Below, in pieces: positions 11,401 to 19,119 of a stretch of DNA of 64,000 bases. Each line of letters opens with the position of its first letter. Position 1 is the first letter of the stretch. Source of the DNA: an uncultured Holophagales bacterium (GTDB taxonomy: Bacteria > Acidobacteriota > Thermoanaerobaculia > Multivoradales > UBA5704); assembly GCA_963842525.1 (NCBI GenBank), contig CAWJGT010000004.1, forward strand, positions 206,082 to 270,081. The letters are read 5' to 3'. The translations under genes and the position numbers were made by a program. Below the pieces are notes generated by a model that saw nothing but the letters and a program-made list of their open reading frames with translations, did not search any database and was not told the origin of the DNA.

Positions 11401-12034
11401 CCTCATCCTCCATCTCCGCGGCGACCTGCAAGGGGCCGACGACCTGTACGATCGGTGTCTCGACCTGCTCCGCAGAGGGAGCAACCTCCGCGCCCAGAGC
11501 GTCTTCCTCAAGCACCGTGCCGACGTGAAGATCTCGATGCAGGCGCTCGAAGAGGCGGACCTCCTGATTCGCAACAGCCGCGCCCTGGCGGAGTCCGGGG
11601 TCTTCCCCGAGCTCGTCGCCAATGCGCGCATGTCCGAAGGGCACCGTCTTGCCCGCAGCGGACAGGCGGTCAAGGCCCGCCTGGAGTACACCGCCGTGCT
11701 GCGCGAAGCGCGGCGGATCGGCTTCCGCAAGCTCGAGGTGAGGGCGATGACCGCGCTCGCCCGTCTCGCCTTGGATCAAAAGGACGCCGATGGTGCCCGC
11801 GACCAGGCGATGAGAGCTCTCAGCATCGCCAACGAGCTCGGCCTGGGGTTGCGACAGAGCCATGCCCTCGTCGTGCTGGGGCTTGCCACTCTGGAGGCGG
11901 GGCAGAAGGATCTGGGCGTCGCCTATCTCCGGCGCGCCAAACGGCTCGCCGACGACCAGGAGTACTGGTCCCGCAGCCGCGAGGCCGAGAACAAGCTGCT
12001 GGAGCTGGGTGTGAATCCGGCTCTCGAAGACTGA
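8489..12034 (+). CDS. SIR2-like domain + P-loop (STAND-like) NTPase + TPR protein; probable NAD+-consuming defence or signalling protein
   Basis: AFIGSGIS, FVTTNYD, FHCHG and LLFIGYSLSDED (SIR2_2 motifs). GPSGAGKS Walker A and LLIIDG Walker B. Helical TPR-like C-terminal repeats. Confidence 0.85.
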   Translation: MPESSRDRSFRALELLAYKLPLRPGRETREDRSRSMLLRALDQGTAVAFIGSGISRPFGYPSWTGLSLEVLRRTVRALEQADHVAPGSLEYITELREGARRIGKKLPPNALMFMIGACKKVLAQNDLSLVYDSLFEKRFAQAPRSNCEAHVFQALLAMPIQRFVTTNYDCEIERALARFRQGAVTPKDFGLGSKQDRPDRKGRLSFTQHTENLGRLALFALAGARGNENMVFHCHGRFDDPASIIATEADYQQWYLGQEDGAFRSFQQSIEFLLGSNPLLFIGYSLSDEDLLHPLRQLGVLDPTRKDSRPIFALLKCSAKNPEVDRYHHDALFERYGLHVISYPLGEKPDNETDALRRELVQIQDDLKAAHRRWSQKPFLKRPERRPDDSEPYCEIQDATEVPVKRLDRLEDEVHRPGILVLTGPSGAGKSLHAIRLARDSGFPKAFYWNAHYAHEAVTAIDNALEYFGFGPAPEIQGSRYDRIAECLQKNRYLLIIDGCERLLRKGEKPGEGVSYSVTFRRLLRAFADPKSQSTVVLTSRLWPADLDQLRWEDGGRPIIRRLPVLRVEARDLVSNELFAGLPEPDLSALCSLLRGHNYGLFLAGRYLRAQEGNEERRQALRELNQQLADQLRDERLQEMVCRQMRWIDEHMGGGVVLAFLERLSLFLGAVCQETLDLCYEEACPAALSQEKRSCNVVRDRLIEAGLLFRMRPRDSGEIAEAYTVHSTAREALFRRWHGLASESLPAFGLSGFTSGRVGVDPDRARGPLIQRLFNRLIEVAELRLDRAEKAKEEGQGNAEEDARRVARGLCRDAFGLVRTRMEANTAPRWTTYDKYVQLPLAVAVLAKRAAPGFWSYCEHADAYDLAERENAPLYPAELAWLYNDIALALSASGDVLDACSFWEQAYEISRLIEHPGTGGGFHLEILLSLAFTTIESGRIPAAMRYLDDAERLLREFHDEDYAARLLGLRGLILHLRGDLQGADDLYDRCLDLLRRGSNLRAQSVFLKHRADVKISMQALEEADLLIRNSRALAESGVFPELVANARMSEGHRLARSGQAVKARLEYTAVLREARRIGFRKLEVRAMTALARLALDQKDADGARDQAMRALSIANELGLGLRQSHALVVLGLATLEAGQKDLGVAYLRRAKRLADDQEYWSRSREAENKLLELGVNPALED

Positions 12035-12079
12035 GACTGTGCGCTATCCTGGCACCCGGCGACGGCGCCTTTCCTCATC

Positions 12080-12682
12080 ATGCCTCCGAACCCCTGGCAA
12101 CGCCTCCGCTACACGATCTGGGCTCCCCATTACGACCGGGTTACGAAGCTCCACCGCGAGCGCCGGCGATCGATCGAGCTGCTCGCTCCGCAACGCGGGG
12201 AGCGGCTGCTGATCGTCGGCTGCGGGACGGGGGCGGATATTCCGTTGATTCCGGAGGGGGTCGAGGTGCTGGCGATCGATCTGACGCCGGCGATGCTGCG
12301 GCAGGCCCGGGCGCACGCGCGGCCCGGCGTTGAATTCCGGGTGATGGACGGCCATGCCCTGGAGCTGCCGGACGGCTCCTACGACTGCGCCATCCTCCAT
12401 ATGGTCCTGGAGGTGATCCCGGAGCCGGCGCGCTGCCTGCGCGAGACCGCGCGGGTCCTGCGGCCGGGAGGACGCATCGCCGTCTTCGACAAGTTCCTGC
12501 CCGATGGGGCCCGGCCGGGGCCGCTCCAGCGCGCCGGCCTCGCGCTGCTCGACCTCGTCTACACGAGCACGAACCGGCGGATGGGGGAGATCCTGGAGGA
12601 ATCCGGGGCGCCCCTCGAGGTCGCTTGCGACGAGCCCTCCGTCGGGTCCTACCGCCACCTGATCCTGCGCAAGGCGCGATAG
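12080..12682 (+). CDS. Class I SAM-dependent methyltransferase (PmtA-like)
   Basis: WAPHYD, LIVGCGTG, AIDLTPAML and RVLRPGG motifs. Confidence 0.85.
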   Translation: MPPNPWQRLRYTIWAPHYDRVTKLHRERRRSIELLAPQRGERLLIVGCGTGADIPLIPEGVEVLAIDLTPAMLRQARAHARPGVEFRVMDGHALELPDGSYDCAILHMVLEVIPEPARCLRETARVLRPGGRIAVFDKFLPDGARPGPLQRAGLALLDLVYTSTNRRMGEILEESGAPLEVACDEPSVGSYRHLILRKAR

Positions 12683-12736
12683 ACTCTCCCGCGCGGAAGC
12701 GACGACGGGCGCCGCGGGCGCCGGGAGGGCACCATC

Positions 12737-13132
12737 ATGGAGGGTACGGGCCTGCGCGGGCCGGGTGGCACGCCGGGAGGTCTGGGACAGTTCCTCTTCG
12801 GGCTGGCCATGGCGGCCGCCGGCGGTTACATGCTCACCAGCCGGGTCTCGGTCACGAGCGGTTTCTGGCACTTCTGGGGCTACAACGCCTTCGGGCTCAC
12901 CCTGGTGCCGTTCATCCTGGGGATCGTCCTCCTCTTCTTCAATGGCCGGTCGCTCGCGGGATGGCTGCTGCTGTTCGTCGGGGTCGTGCTGATCCTGGCC
13001 GGCGTGATCCTCAACCTCCAGATCTATTTCCAGCACACCAGCCTGTTCGAGCTGATCGTCATGCTGGTGCTTCTCTTCGGCGGCATCGGGCTGCTGGCCC
13101 GGTCTCTCAAGTCCCACGGAAGGACGGCATGA
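12737..13132 (+). CDS. Small multi-TM membrane protein of unknown function
   Basis: GPGGTPGG N-terminus, about four hydrophobic segments, stop overlaps the next start. Confidence 0.75.
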   Translation: MEGTGLRGPGGTPGGLGQFLFGLAMAAAGGYMLTSRVSVTSGFWHFWGYNAFGLTLVPFILGIVLLFFNGRSLAGWLLLFVGVVLILAGVILNLQIYFQHTSLFELIVMLVLLFGGIGLLARSLKSHGRTA

Positions 13133-14517
13133 ACCGGCGCACTTTTCTCAAGACCGTGACCCAGACCGCCGCGGTGGCCGCGGCGGCGCGCTATCTCCCG
13201 CAGCCGGCCGCGGCGGCGTCCGGCCGCCTCACGCTGGCGCTGTTGGGCGACTGCATCGTTTCCCGCCGCATCTCGGACCTGCGCGATCCGGATTTCCTCG
13301 CGGTCGTCGAGCTGCTGCGCGGCACCGACTGCGTCTGGGGCAACTGCGAGGTGGTCCTGGCCGATCCCGACGAAGTCCACCCCGCCCCGAAAGATATCGA
13401 TCCCCACGCCATCTGCGAGCCCTGGGGCGCGGACGAGCTGGCTTGGATGGGCATCCGGTTCGTCGGCACGGCCAACAACCACATCATGGACTTCGGCAGC
13501 GAAGGGTTGGAGTCGACCCTGCGCAACCTGGAGCGGGTCGGCATCCGCCACGCCGGGTCCGGGGCCGACCTGGCGCAGGCGGCACGGCCGGCCTATTTCG
13601 ATGGCCCAACGGGCCGGGTGGGCCAGGTCAACTGCGCCTCCACCTTCCCCCGGTTCTTCGCGGCCGGGCCGGACCACCCCTATCTCCAGGGCCGGCCGGG
13701 GCTCAACCCCCTACGCGTGGAGGAGATGGTCCAGGTCGAGCCGAAGCTGTTCGAGGAGCTCAAGAAGGTCCAGGCCGAGCTCGTACAACTGATGGGCTGG
13801 GGCGAGTTCAGCGACTTCCTGGAAGACCTGGATGCCGGCAAGCCGCAGAACACGACCCTGTTCTTCGAGACCATGGTCGCCTCGGGGCCGGAGACCGACA
13901 TCCTGATGACCGCCGTCCCCGAGGACGTGGCGCGGATCACCGAGGCGATCCAGGTCGCCCGCAACGGCTCCCGCGTCGTGATCGCCTCGATCCACTCCCA
14001 CGAGTCGCGGCGCAAGCTCGACCTCAATGCGCCGTTCCTGCAGCCGTTCGCGCGGGCCTGCATCGACGCGGGAGCGGATGTCTTCGTCAGCACCGGGCCC
14101 CATGTGCTGCGCGGCATCGAGATCTACAAGGGGAAGCCGATCTTCTACAGCCTGAGCAACTTCCTCTTCCAGTACGAGACCCTCCAGCCGATCCCCCCCG
14201 AGGCCCTCGCCGGCCTGGGCATGGACCCGCGGACGATCGACCCCTGGCTGTACTACAAGAAGATCCCCTACCACCGCAACAAGCGCTTCTGGCAGACCGT
14301 GGTTCCACGGCTGACCTATGAGGGGGACGCCCTCGCCGCGGTCGAGCTCCACCCGGCCACGCTCGGCTTCGGGGAGCCGCAGTACGCGCGGGGCGTGCCG
14401 GTCCTGGCCCGCGGCGAGGAGGCGCGCGAGATCCTGGACGGGCTTGCCCGGCTCTCGCAGCCGTTCGGCACGGCGATCGAGGTGCAGGACGGGATCGGGA
14501 AGATCCGGCTCGGCTGA
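13129..14517 (+). CDS. CapA-family metallophosphoesterase-like protein with a Tat signal
   Basis: MNRRTFLK Tat motif; GD, GNCE, ANNHIMDFG, SIHSHE, GPHVLRGIEIYKGKPIFYSL. True start is ATG 13129, not 12625. Confidence 0.9.
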   Translation: MNRRTFLKTVTQTAAVAAAARYLPQPAAAASGRLTLALLGDCIVSRRISDLRDPDFLAVVELLRGTDCVWGNCEVVLADPDEVHPAPKDIDPHAICEPWGADELAWMGIRFVGTANNHIMDFGSEGLESTLRNLERVGIRHAGSGADLAQAARPAYFDGPTGRVGQVNCASTFPRFFAAGPDHPYLQGRPGLNPLRVEEMVQVEPKLFEELKKVQAELVQLMGWGEFSDFLEDLDAGKPQNTTLFFETMVASGPETDILMTAVPEDVARITEAIQVARNGSRVVIASIHSHESRRKLDLNAPFLQPFARACIDAGADVFVSTGPHVLRGIEIYKGKPIFYSLSNFLFQYETLQPIPPEALAGLGMDPRTIDPWLYYKKIPYHRNKRFWQTVVPRLTYEGDALAAVELHPATLGFGEPQYARGVPVLARGEEAREILDGLARLSQPFGTAIEVQDGIGKIRLG

Positions 14518-14519
14518 GG

Positions 14520-14580
14520 CTGCTGCAGAGGATCAGAACCAGAGATGTCGGTCGAGGGTAGACATCCCCCGCCGAATCAA
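14520..14580 (-). pseudogene. Remnant of a MazF/PemK-type toxin 5' end
   Basis: TTG overlapping the antitoxin stop reads (M)IRRG then DVY in the adjacent frame, the usual MazF N-terminus. The sequence then runs into the convergent capA gene. Confidence 0.5.
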
Positions 14581-14798
14581 AGCCCGTCGAGCTCCACGCT
14601 CGTCCAGTCCTCGTCCAACGAAGAGGACTCGGCTTCCGCCCGATAACCGGCTTCCATCTCCCGAGCGAGGCTCTCCCGCTTGAGCTGCTCCAGCCTCTCC
14701 CGGATCGCCTCGCCGGCAAAGTCGCTGAACGCCCTCTCTCCCAGCATCGCCTTAATCTCCGTAAAGAGCTCGTCGGGTATCGAGATTGTGGTGCGCAT
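14577..14798 (-). CDS. Ribbon-helix-helix type II antitoxin
   Basis: MRTTISIPDEL...SDFAGEAIRERL...MEAGY, acidic tail, AGGAGG RBS. Confidence 0.8.
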   Translation of the reverse strand: MRTTISIPDELFTEIKAMLGERAFSDFAGEAIRERLEQLKRESLAREMEAGYRAEAESSSLDEDWTSVELDGL

Positions 14799-14808
14799 AC
14801 TGCACCTC

Positions 14809-14823
14809 CTACTGCATCAGTAG
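14809..14823. promoter_or_regulatory. Palindrome CTACTG-cat-CAGTAG, putative antitoxin operator
   Basis: Perfect 6-bp inverted repeat abutting the antitoxin RBS. Confidence 0.45.
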
Positions 14824-14889
14824 AATCATACGATGAAGCCTAGGGGCTGTAAAATCTCCGTCCTGGCTGGAGACAAGCCTAGCCATAGA

Positions 14890-15115
14890 ATGGCGCCCGC
14901 GGCCGCGCGAGCGGACCGGAGGAGCCGTGACAGCGGTCGACGGCATCTCCTTCGACCTCCGGCGCGGCGAGATTCTTGGCCTGCTCGGCCCAACGGCGCC
15001 GGCAAGACCACGACGAGCCAGCGCCACGATCCAGCTCCTGATCGGCTGCCTCACCACACCCACCGCGGGAGAGGTCCGCATCTTTGGCCTCGACCTTGAA
15101 ACGCATCGGCGCTGG
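14890..15115 (+). pseudogene. Truncated, frameshifted ABC-transporter ATP-binding gene fragment
   Basis: AVDGISFDLRRGEILGLLGP / NGAGKTT (Walker A in a shifted frame) / TPTAGEVRIFGLDL. Similarity stops where the AT-richer island begins. Confidence 0.75.
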
Positions 15116-15183
15116 GACCTAGATCTTGTAGGCCTAGACCCGTGGTCGGCTTGGACGAAACCCCGGGCTCTGGCCAAGGAAAG

Positions 15184-15384
15184 CTACTTCTTGCCGGTCC
15201 CTGATCCGTTGCGCGTACGATCAACCAGCCGGTATGTACTGCCAGTGTTAGGGGTCGGGGGCAGAGTGGACCCTGCCGGTACGGTACGCTCTGGGCCGCG
15301 CCCTCCGCGCGGGCCTTCAATCTGATACTGACCGGAGAACGGGGCTGGCTGCCCCGGGCGGAGGCCGGAAGTTGGCTTGGACAT
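15184..15384 (-). CDS. YjzC-like small protein
   Basis: LRPGQPAPFSGQY...GPRGG...ERTV...TLPPTP...YRLVD pattern; AAGGAG RBS. Confidence 0.75.
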   Translation of the reverse strand: MSKPTSGLRPGQPAPFSGQYQIEGPRGGRGPERTVPAGSTLPPTPNTGSTYRLVDRTRNGSGTGKK

Positions 15385-15408
15385 GTGTTATCTCCTTGAA
15401 TAACTGCG

Positions 15409-15603
15409 TTACCGATACGCTGCCTGCACGGTTAGGTCGTACACCGGAGCCGTAGCAGCATGGGCCTTGAGGAGCTGAATGGCATATAGGCAGCTTTGTT
15501 TGGTGGTGTACCCCTCGCCAACGGCCACAATCTCGCCATTGGGGGCCTTAAAGCGCCAACGGTACTCCTGGATACGGTCTTGGTAGATCTCGAACGAATA
15601 CAT
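15409..15603 (-). CDS. YegP/DUF1508-family protein
   Basis: FEIYQD...YRWRFKAPNGEIVAVGEGY..KQSC..AI motif; AAGGAG RBS. Confidence 0.85.
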   Translation of the reverse strand: MYSFEIYQDRIQEYRWRFKAPNGEIVAVGEGYTTKQSCLYAIQLLKAHAATAPVYDLTVQAAYR

Positions 15604-15663
15604 GGCCTTTGACTCCTTTGGGCTGTCCCGCTTTGCCCGGGTTACACCACCTTACCGGTTAGC

Positions 15664-15736
15664 AGCACCGCTCTTGCAACTGCGGTGCTACACTCGAACT
15701 GGGAGGAGTATGCCAAAGATCGAACTGGATTGCAAT
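15664..15736. promoter_or_regulatory. Divergent promoter region with operator-like repeats
   Basis: AGCACCGC-N10-GCGGTGCT inverted repeat (15664-15689), TCGAACTGG direct repeats (15694 and 15720), two TTGCAA hexamers. Confidence 0.5.
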
Positions 15737-15759
15737 AGTCAAATTGGAGGAGGTTAGCT

Positions 15760-16158
15760 ATGTCTCGGGGTACCTTTGATGCCGAGGCGTTCTACGCCGC
15801 ACTCGATGCCGAACGGGGGTCTCGGAAGAAGACTTGGAAGCAGGTGGCGCGGGAGGCAGGAATCAGCGCGTCTACCCTGACCCGAATGGCCCAGGGCAAG
15901 CGCCCGGACGTGGACAGTCTTGCCGCACTGGTAAGTTGGTCAGGGCTGCGGTCAGACAACTACATGGCCCGTGCAAAAGGAGCCCCCGAGGCTCCTAACA
16001 CACTGACCCAGATCGTTGGCTATCTTCGCGCTGATGCCCACCTGTCGCCCGAGGCGGCGGACGCTATTGAGCAGGTGCTCCGGGTCACGTACAATGTTTT
16101 GGTGAAAGGTGAACCGAGCGATGCCAAGAGCACTACTACGGAGGGGGTTCAAGACTGA
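15760..16158 (+). CDS. XRE-family HTH repressor
   Basis: TWKQVAREAGISASTLTRMAQGKRPDVDSL; GGAGG RBS. Confidence 0.88.
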   Translation: MSRGTFDAEAFYAALDAERGSRKKTWKQVAREAGISASTLTRMAQGKRPDVDSLAALVSWSGLRSDNYMARAKGAPEAPNTLTQIVGYLRADAHLSPEAADAIEQVLRVTYNVLVKGEPSDAKSTTTEGVQD

Positions 16159-16729
16159 CGCCGAGGAGTACGCGTTGGAGTTCCGTGCTGAACTGGATCT
16201 AGAAGATGACGCACCGCTCTCCCCTCGGCGGCTCGCCGAACATCTAGCCATTCCGGTTTACCCCTTGAGCTTGCACCGGAAGAATATCCCGGAGGCAGTC
16301 AACTGCCTCTTCGGGATCGAACGGCATGCCTTCTCGGCAGCCACAGTTTTCGACGGTTGCCGTAGAGCGATCATCTATAACGACGGCAACAGCCCGAATC
16401 GCCAGACGAGCGATATTGCGCACGAGTTGGCACATGGAATCCTTGGACACCCGCTGTGTCCACTCCTTTCAGAGGAAGGATGCCGCAACTTTGATCCTGA
16501 GTTGGAAGCTGAGGCGGACTGGCTTGGCCCCACTCTTTTGGTGTCAAGACCTGCTGCGCTGCGGATCGCGTGGCGGGGACTGACGGTACCGCAAGCAGCG
16601 TTGGAATACGAAGTAAGCGAAGCCGTTGTTCAAATGCGTCTCAACTTAACCGGCGCACTTCGAGTGGTCAATCGGACGCTGGCGCGACGATCGGACGCCC
16701 GATTCAGGCAGTCGGCCGGTCGTCGCTAA
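16121..16729 (+). CDS. ImmA/IrrE-family zinc metallopeptidase
   Basis: RQTSDIAHELAHGILGH (HExxH) and EAEADWLG..LL. Overlaps the XRE gene. Confidence 0.88.
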   Translation: MPRALLRRGFKTDAEEYALEFRAELDLEDDAPLSPRRLAEHLAIPVYPLSLHRKNIPEAVNCLFGIERHAFSAATVFDGCRRAIIYNDGNSPNRQTSDIAHELAHGILGHPLCPLLSEEGCRNFDPELEAEADWLGPTLLVSRPAALRIAWRGLTVPQAALEYEVSEAVVQMRLNLTGALRVVNRTLARRSDARFRQSAGRR

Positions 16730-16775
16730 CTGCCCTCTGCCTCAAGTCCTCGCTTCCTGCCAAACGGGCTGGTCG

Positions 16776-17151
16776 CTACAACTCTTTCACGTACTTCTCA
16801 AAGAGACGGAATACCGCGGCCACGGTCGCCGCAGCTTGCCCGCCTCCCATGCCCAGATCGTCGTCGGGTCAAGGCCGAGCCTCCGGCCAAGCTCCTGCTG
16901 GCTTATCCCCTGCCGCTGCCGTGTCCTCTTGATGCGCTCTCCCAAAGAGGCGGCCGGATTTGCCTCTACCGGGTCGTACCCGAGGAAGTCGATGATGGCG
17001 GGAAAGAAGCGTAGCTCCGGCTCGCTCCTTCCCCTCTCCCAGTTGCAGAGCGTCCCGTGCTTGCCCCGAGCCTTGGAGCCACGTCCCGCTGAAGCAGTCG
17101 AAGGTCAAACGAGGAGGCAGGGACTCTTTCCGAGATTGCCCTCGGGCTCAA
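16776..17151 (-). pseudogene. Tandem XRE-HTH protein, frameshifted near 17070
   Basis: Hand translation: LRLLQRDVAPRLG / TLCNWERGRSEPELRFFPAIIDFLGYDP...SLGERIKRTRQRQGISQQELGRRLGLDPTTIWAWEAG...KEL*. Not captured intact by the ORF track. Confidence 0.7.
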
Positions 17152-17408
17152 GATCGGGATGCCCGGTCGTCTATCTCAAGGCCTGGGAATTCCTCCATGC
17201 CCAGCCCGCCTTCACCGCAGACTGGGCCTCTGCTCCGGAAGAGGCGGTGGAGATCGTTTTCCGGAGGATCGGTGCCGAGCCGGGCGCTCTCCTTGACCGG
17301 CCTCTCCGCTATCCCGCTCTGACTGATCAGACGGACCAACGGAGGACTCTCGAAGACTCTCTGGCAAGTCCTAACCAGCGAACAAGATCGGCCGGCTGGT
17401 GATCCGAG

Positions 17409-17538
17409 CCCGTCGTGTCATCCTGAGCGCAGCGAAGGATCTGGGCGGTGGAAACGGCCGGAGTCCAAGACCAGAGCGGGCTCGCGGGCGGCCTCCTTCC
17501 CCCAGATCCTTCGCTTCCGCTCAGGATGACACGACGGG
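17409..17538. repeat. REP-like long palindrome of the GTCATCCTGAGCG..GAAGGATCT / AGATCCTTCG..CGCTCAGGATGAC type
   Basis: 21-bp perfect outer arms (cccgtcgtgtcatcctgagcg / cgctcaggatgacacgacggg) plus inner arms agcgaaggatctggg / cccagatccttcgct. Confidence 0.85.
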
Positions 17539-17542
17539 GCCT

Positions 17543-18001
17543 CAGCGTAACGCTCCGCAAAACCAGCGTGAGCTCACGCTGGCGCAGCGTGTCGGGACGC
17601 TGGCTCAGCGTATGCTCCGCAAAACCAGCGTGAGGTCACGCTGGCGCAGCGTGTCGGGACACTGGTCCAGCGTACGCTCCGCAAACCCAGCGTGAGCTCA
17701 CGCTGGCGCAGCGTGTCGGGACGCTGGCCCAGCGTACGCTCCGCAAAACCAGCGTGAGCTCACGCTGGCGCAGCGTGTCGGGACGCTGGCCCAGCGTACG
17801 CTCCGCAAAACCAGCGTGAGCTCACGCTGGCGCAGCGTGTCGGGACACTGGCCCAGCGTCCGCTCCGCAAAACCAGCGTGAGCTCACGCTGGCGCAGCGT
17901 GTCGGGACACTGGCCCAGCGTACGCTCCGCAAAACCAGCGTGAGCTCACGCTGGAGCAGCGTGTCGGGACACTGGCTCAGCGTACGCTCCGCAAAACCAG
18001 T
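17543..18001. repeat. 62-bp tandem repeat, 7 full copies and 1 partial, each full unit with a 20-bp palindrome
   Basis: Units start at 17543, 17606, 17668, 17730, 17792, 17854, 17916 and 17978. Core CCAGCGTGAGCTCACGCTGG. Confidence 0.95.
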
Positions 18002-18029
18002 GCGACAGCCGCCGGCTACAATCCCTATC

Positions 18030-18893
18030 ATGCGCAGGCTTCTGATCCTCCTCCTCCTCCTCTGGCCCGCCCTCGCCGCGGCGCAGGCCGACCCGACGTC
18101 GCGTTCCTGGAACCAGCCCGTCGAGCCCTTCCGGATCGCCGGCAACCTCTACTATGTAGGTGCAAGCGACATCACCTCCTACCTCATCGCGACGCCGGAG
18201 GGGCACATCCTCCTCGACAGCGGCTTCGAAGAGACGGTGCCGCTGATCCGCGAGAGCGTGAAAAAGCTCGGGTTCCGGCTGGAGGATGTGAAGGTCCTCT
18301 TGAACAGCCACGCCCATTACGACCACGCCGGCGGTCTCGCCACCCTGAAGGAGCTGACCGGCGCGAAGCTGGCGGCGAGCGAGAAGGACGCCCCGCTCCT
18401 CGCCCGCGGCGGCAAGGGCGACCCGGCCCTCGGCGACACCTTCCTCTTCAAGCCCGTCCAGGCGGACCGCATCGTCAAAGATGGGGAGAAAATCACGCTC
18501 GGCGGCTCTACGCTGACCGCCCACCTCACGCCGGGCCACACGCCCGGGTGCACCTCCTGGACGATGCAGGTCGAGGACGAGGGGAAGCGCCGCGATGTGG
18601 TCTTCGTGTGCAGCACCACCGTCCTTCCAGGCGTCAGCCTGACGGCCAACCCGAAGTACCCGGAGATCGCGAGCGACTTCGCCCATACCTTTGAGGTGCT
18701 CAAGGCCCTCCCCTGTGACATCTTCCTGGCCGCGCACGGCGCGTTCTTCAACCTGTCGGAGAAGAGCGAGCGCCTGCGGAAGGGGGGCGGATCGAACCCG
18801 TTCGTCGATCCCGCGGCCTACCGGGCCTATGTGGAGCGCAAGGAGGGGGATTTCCGGAAGCAGCTTGCGGAGGAGAAGGCGAAGAAGCCGTAA
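18030..18893 (+). CDS. Subclass B3 metallo-beta-lactamase
   Basis: Signal peptide, WNQPVEPFRIAGNLYYVG, SHAHYDH, PGHTPG and LAAH metal-ligand motifs. Confidence 0.9.
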   Translation: MRRLLILLLLLWPALAAAQADPTSRSWNQPVEPFRIAGNLYYVGASDITSYLIATPEGHILLDSGFEETVPLIRESVKKLGFRLEDVKVLLNSHAHYDHAGGLATLKELTGAKLAASEKDAPLLARGGKGDPALGDTFLFKPVQADRIVKDGEKITLGGSTLTAHLTPGHTPGCTSWTMQVEDEGKRRDVVFVCSTTVLPGVSLTANPKYPEIASDFAHTFEVLKALPCDIFLAAHGAFFNLSEKSERLRKGGGSNPFVDPAAYRAYVERKEGDFRKQLAEEKAKKP

Positions 18894-19104
18894 GAGGGTG
18901 TCTCGAAAGGTTGAGGCGGCCCAGGAAGGCCCTCACCCCCGGCCCCTCTCCCATCCGCCCTCCCTTCCCCCGGGAGAGGGGAGAAAAGCATGATCAGGAA
19001 GCTCCTGGGTGGAGGCTCCCCTCGCCCGGGCGGGTGTGAGTGCGGATGGGAGAGGGGTCGGGGGTGAGGGGCCAGGGCTCGCGCAGGAATTTCCAGACAC
19101 CCTC
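18894..19104. mobile_element. 211-bp MITE-like element with 15-bp terminal inverted repeats, TAA flanks and a REP-type hairpin core
   Basis: TAA|GAGGGTGTCTCGAAA ... TTTCCAGACACCCTC|TAA (14/15 match). Near-identical core at 40329-40504. Confidence 0.7.
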
Positions 19105-19119
19105 TAAGTGCTCACGGGT

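Noticed and set aside
8498-11863. Long antisense or alternative-frame ORFs (also 41910..44783, 38134..40305, 24011..26761, 60923..62965)
   Set aside because: They are shadow ORFs typical of high-GC DNA, with no motifs and fully overlapping well-supported genes.
15115-17400. Prophage or ICE
   Set aside because: No integrase, att repeats, structural or conjugation genes were seen; only a regulatory remnant is supportable.
17543-18001. CRISPR array (palindromic repeat with ~62-bp period)
   Set aside because: The intervening sequences are near-identical rather than unique spacers, and no cas genes are in the window.
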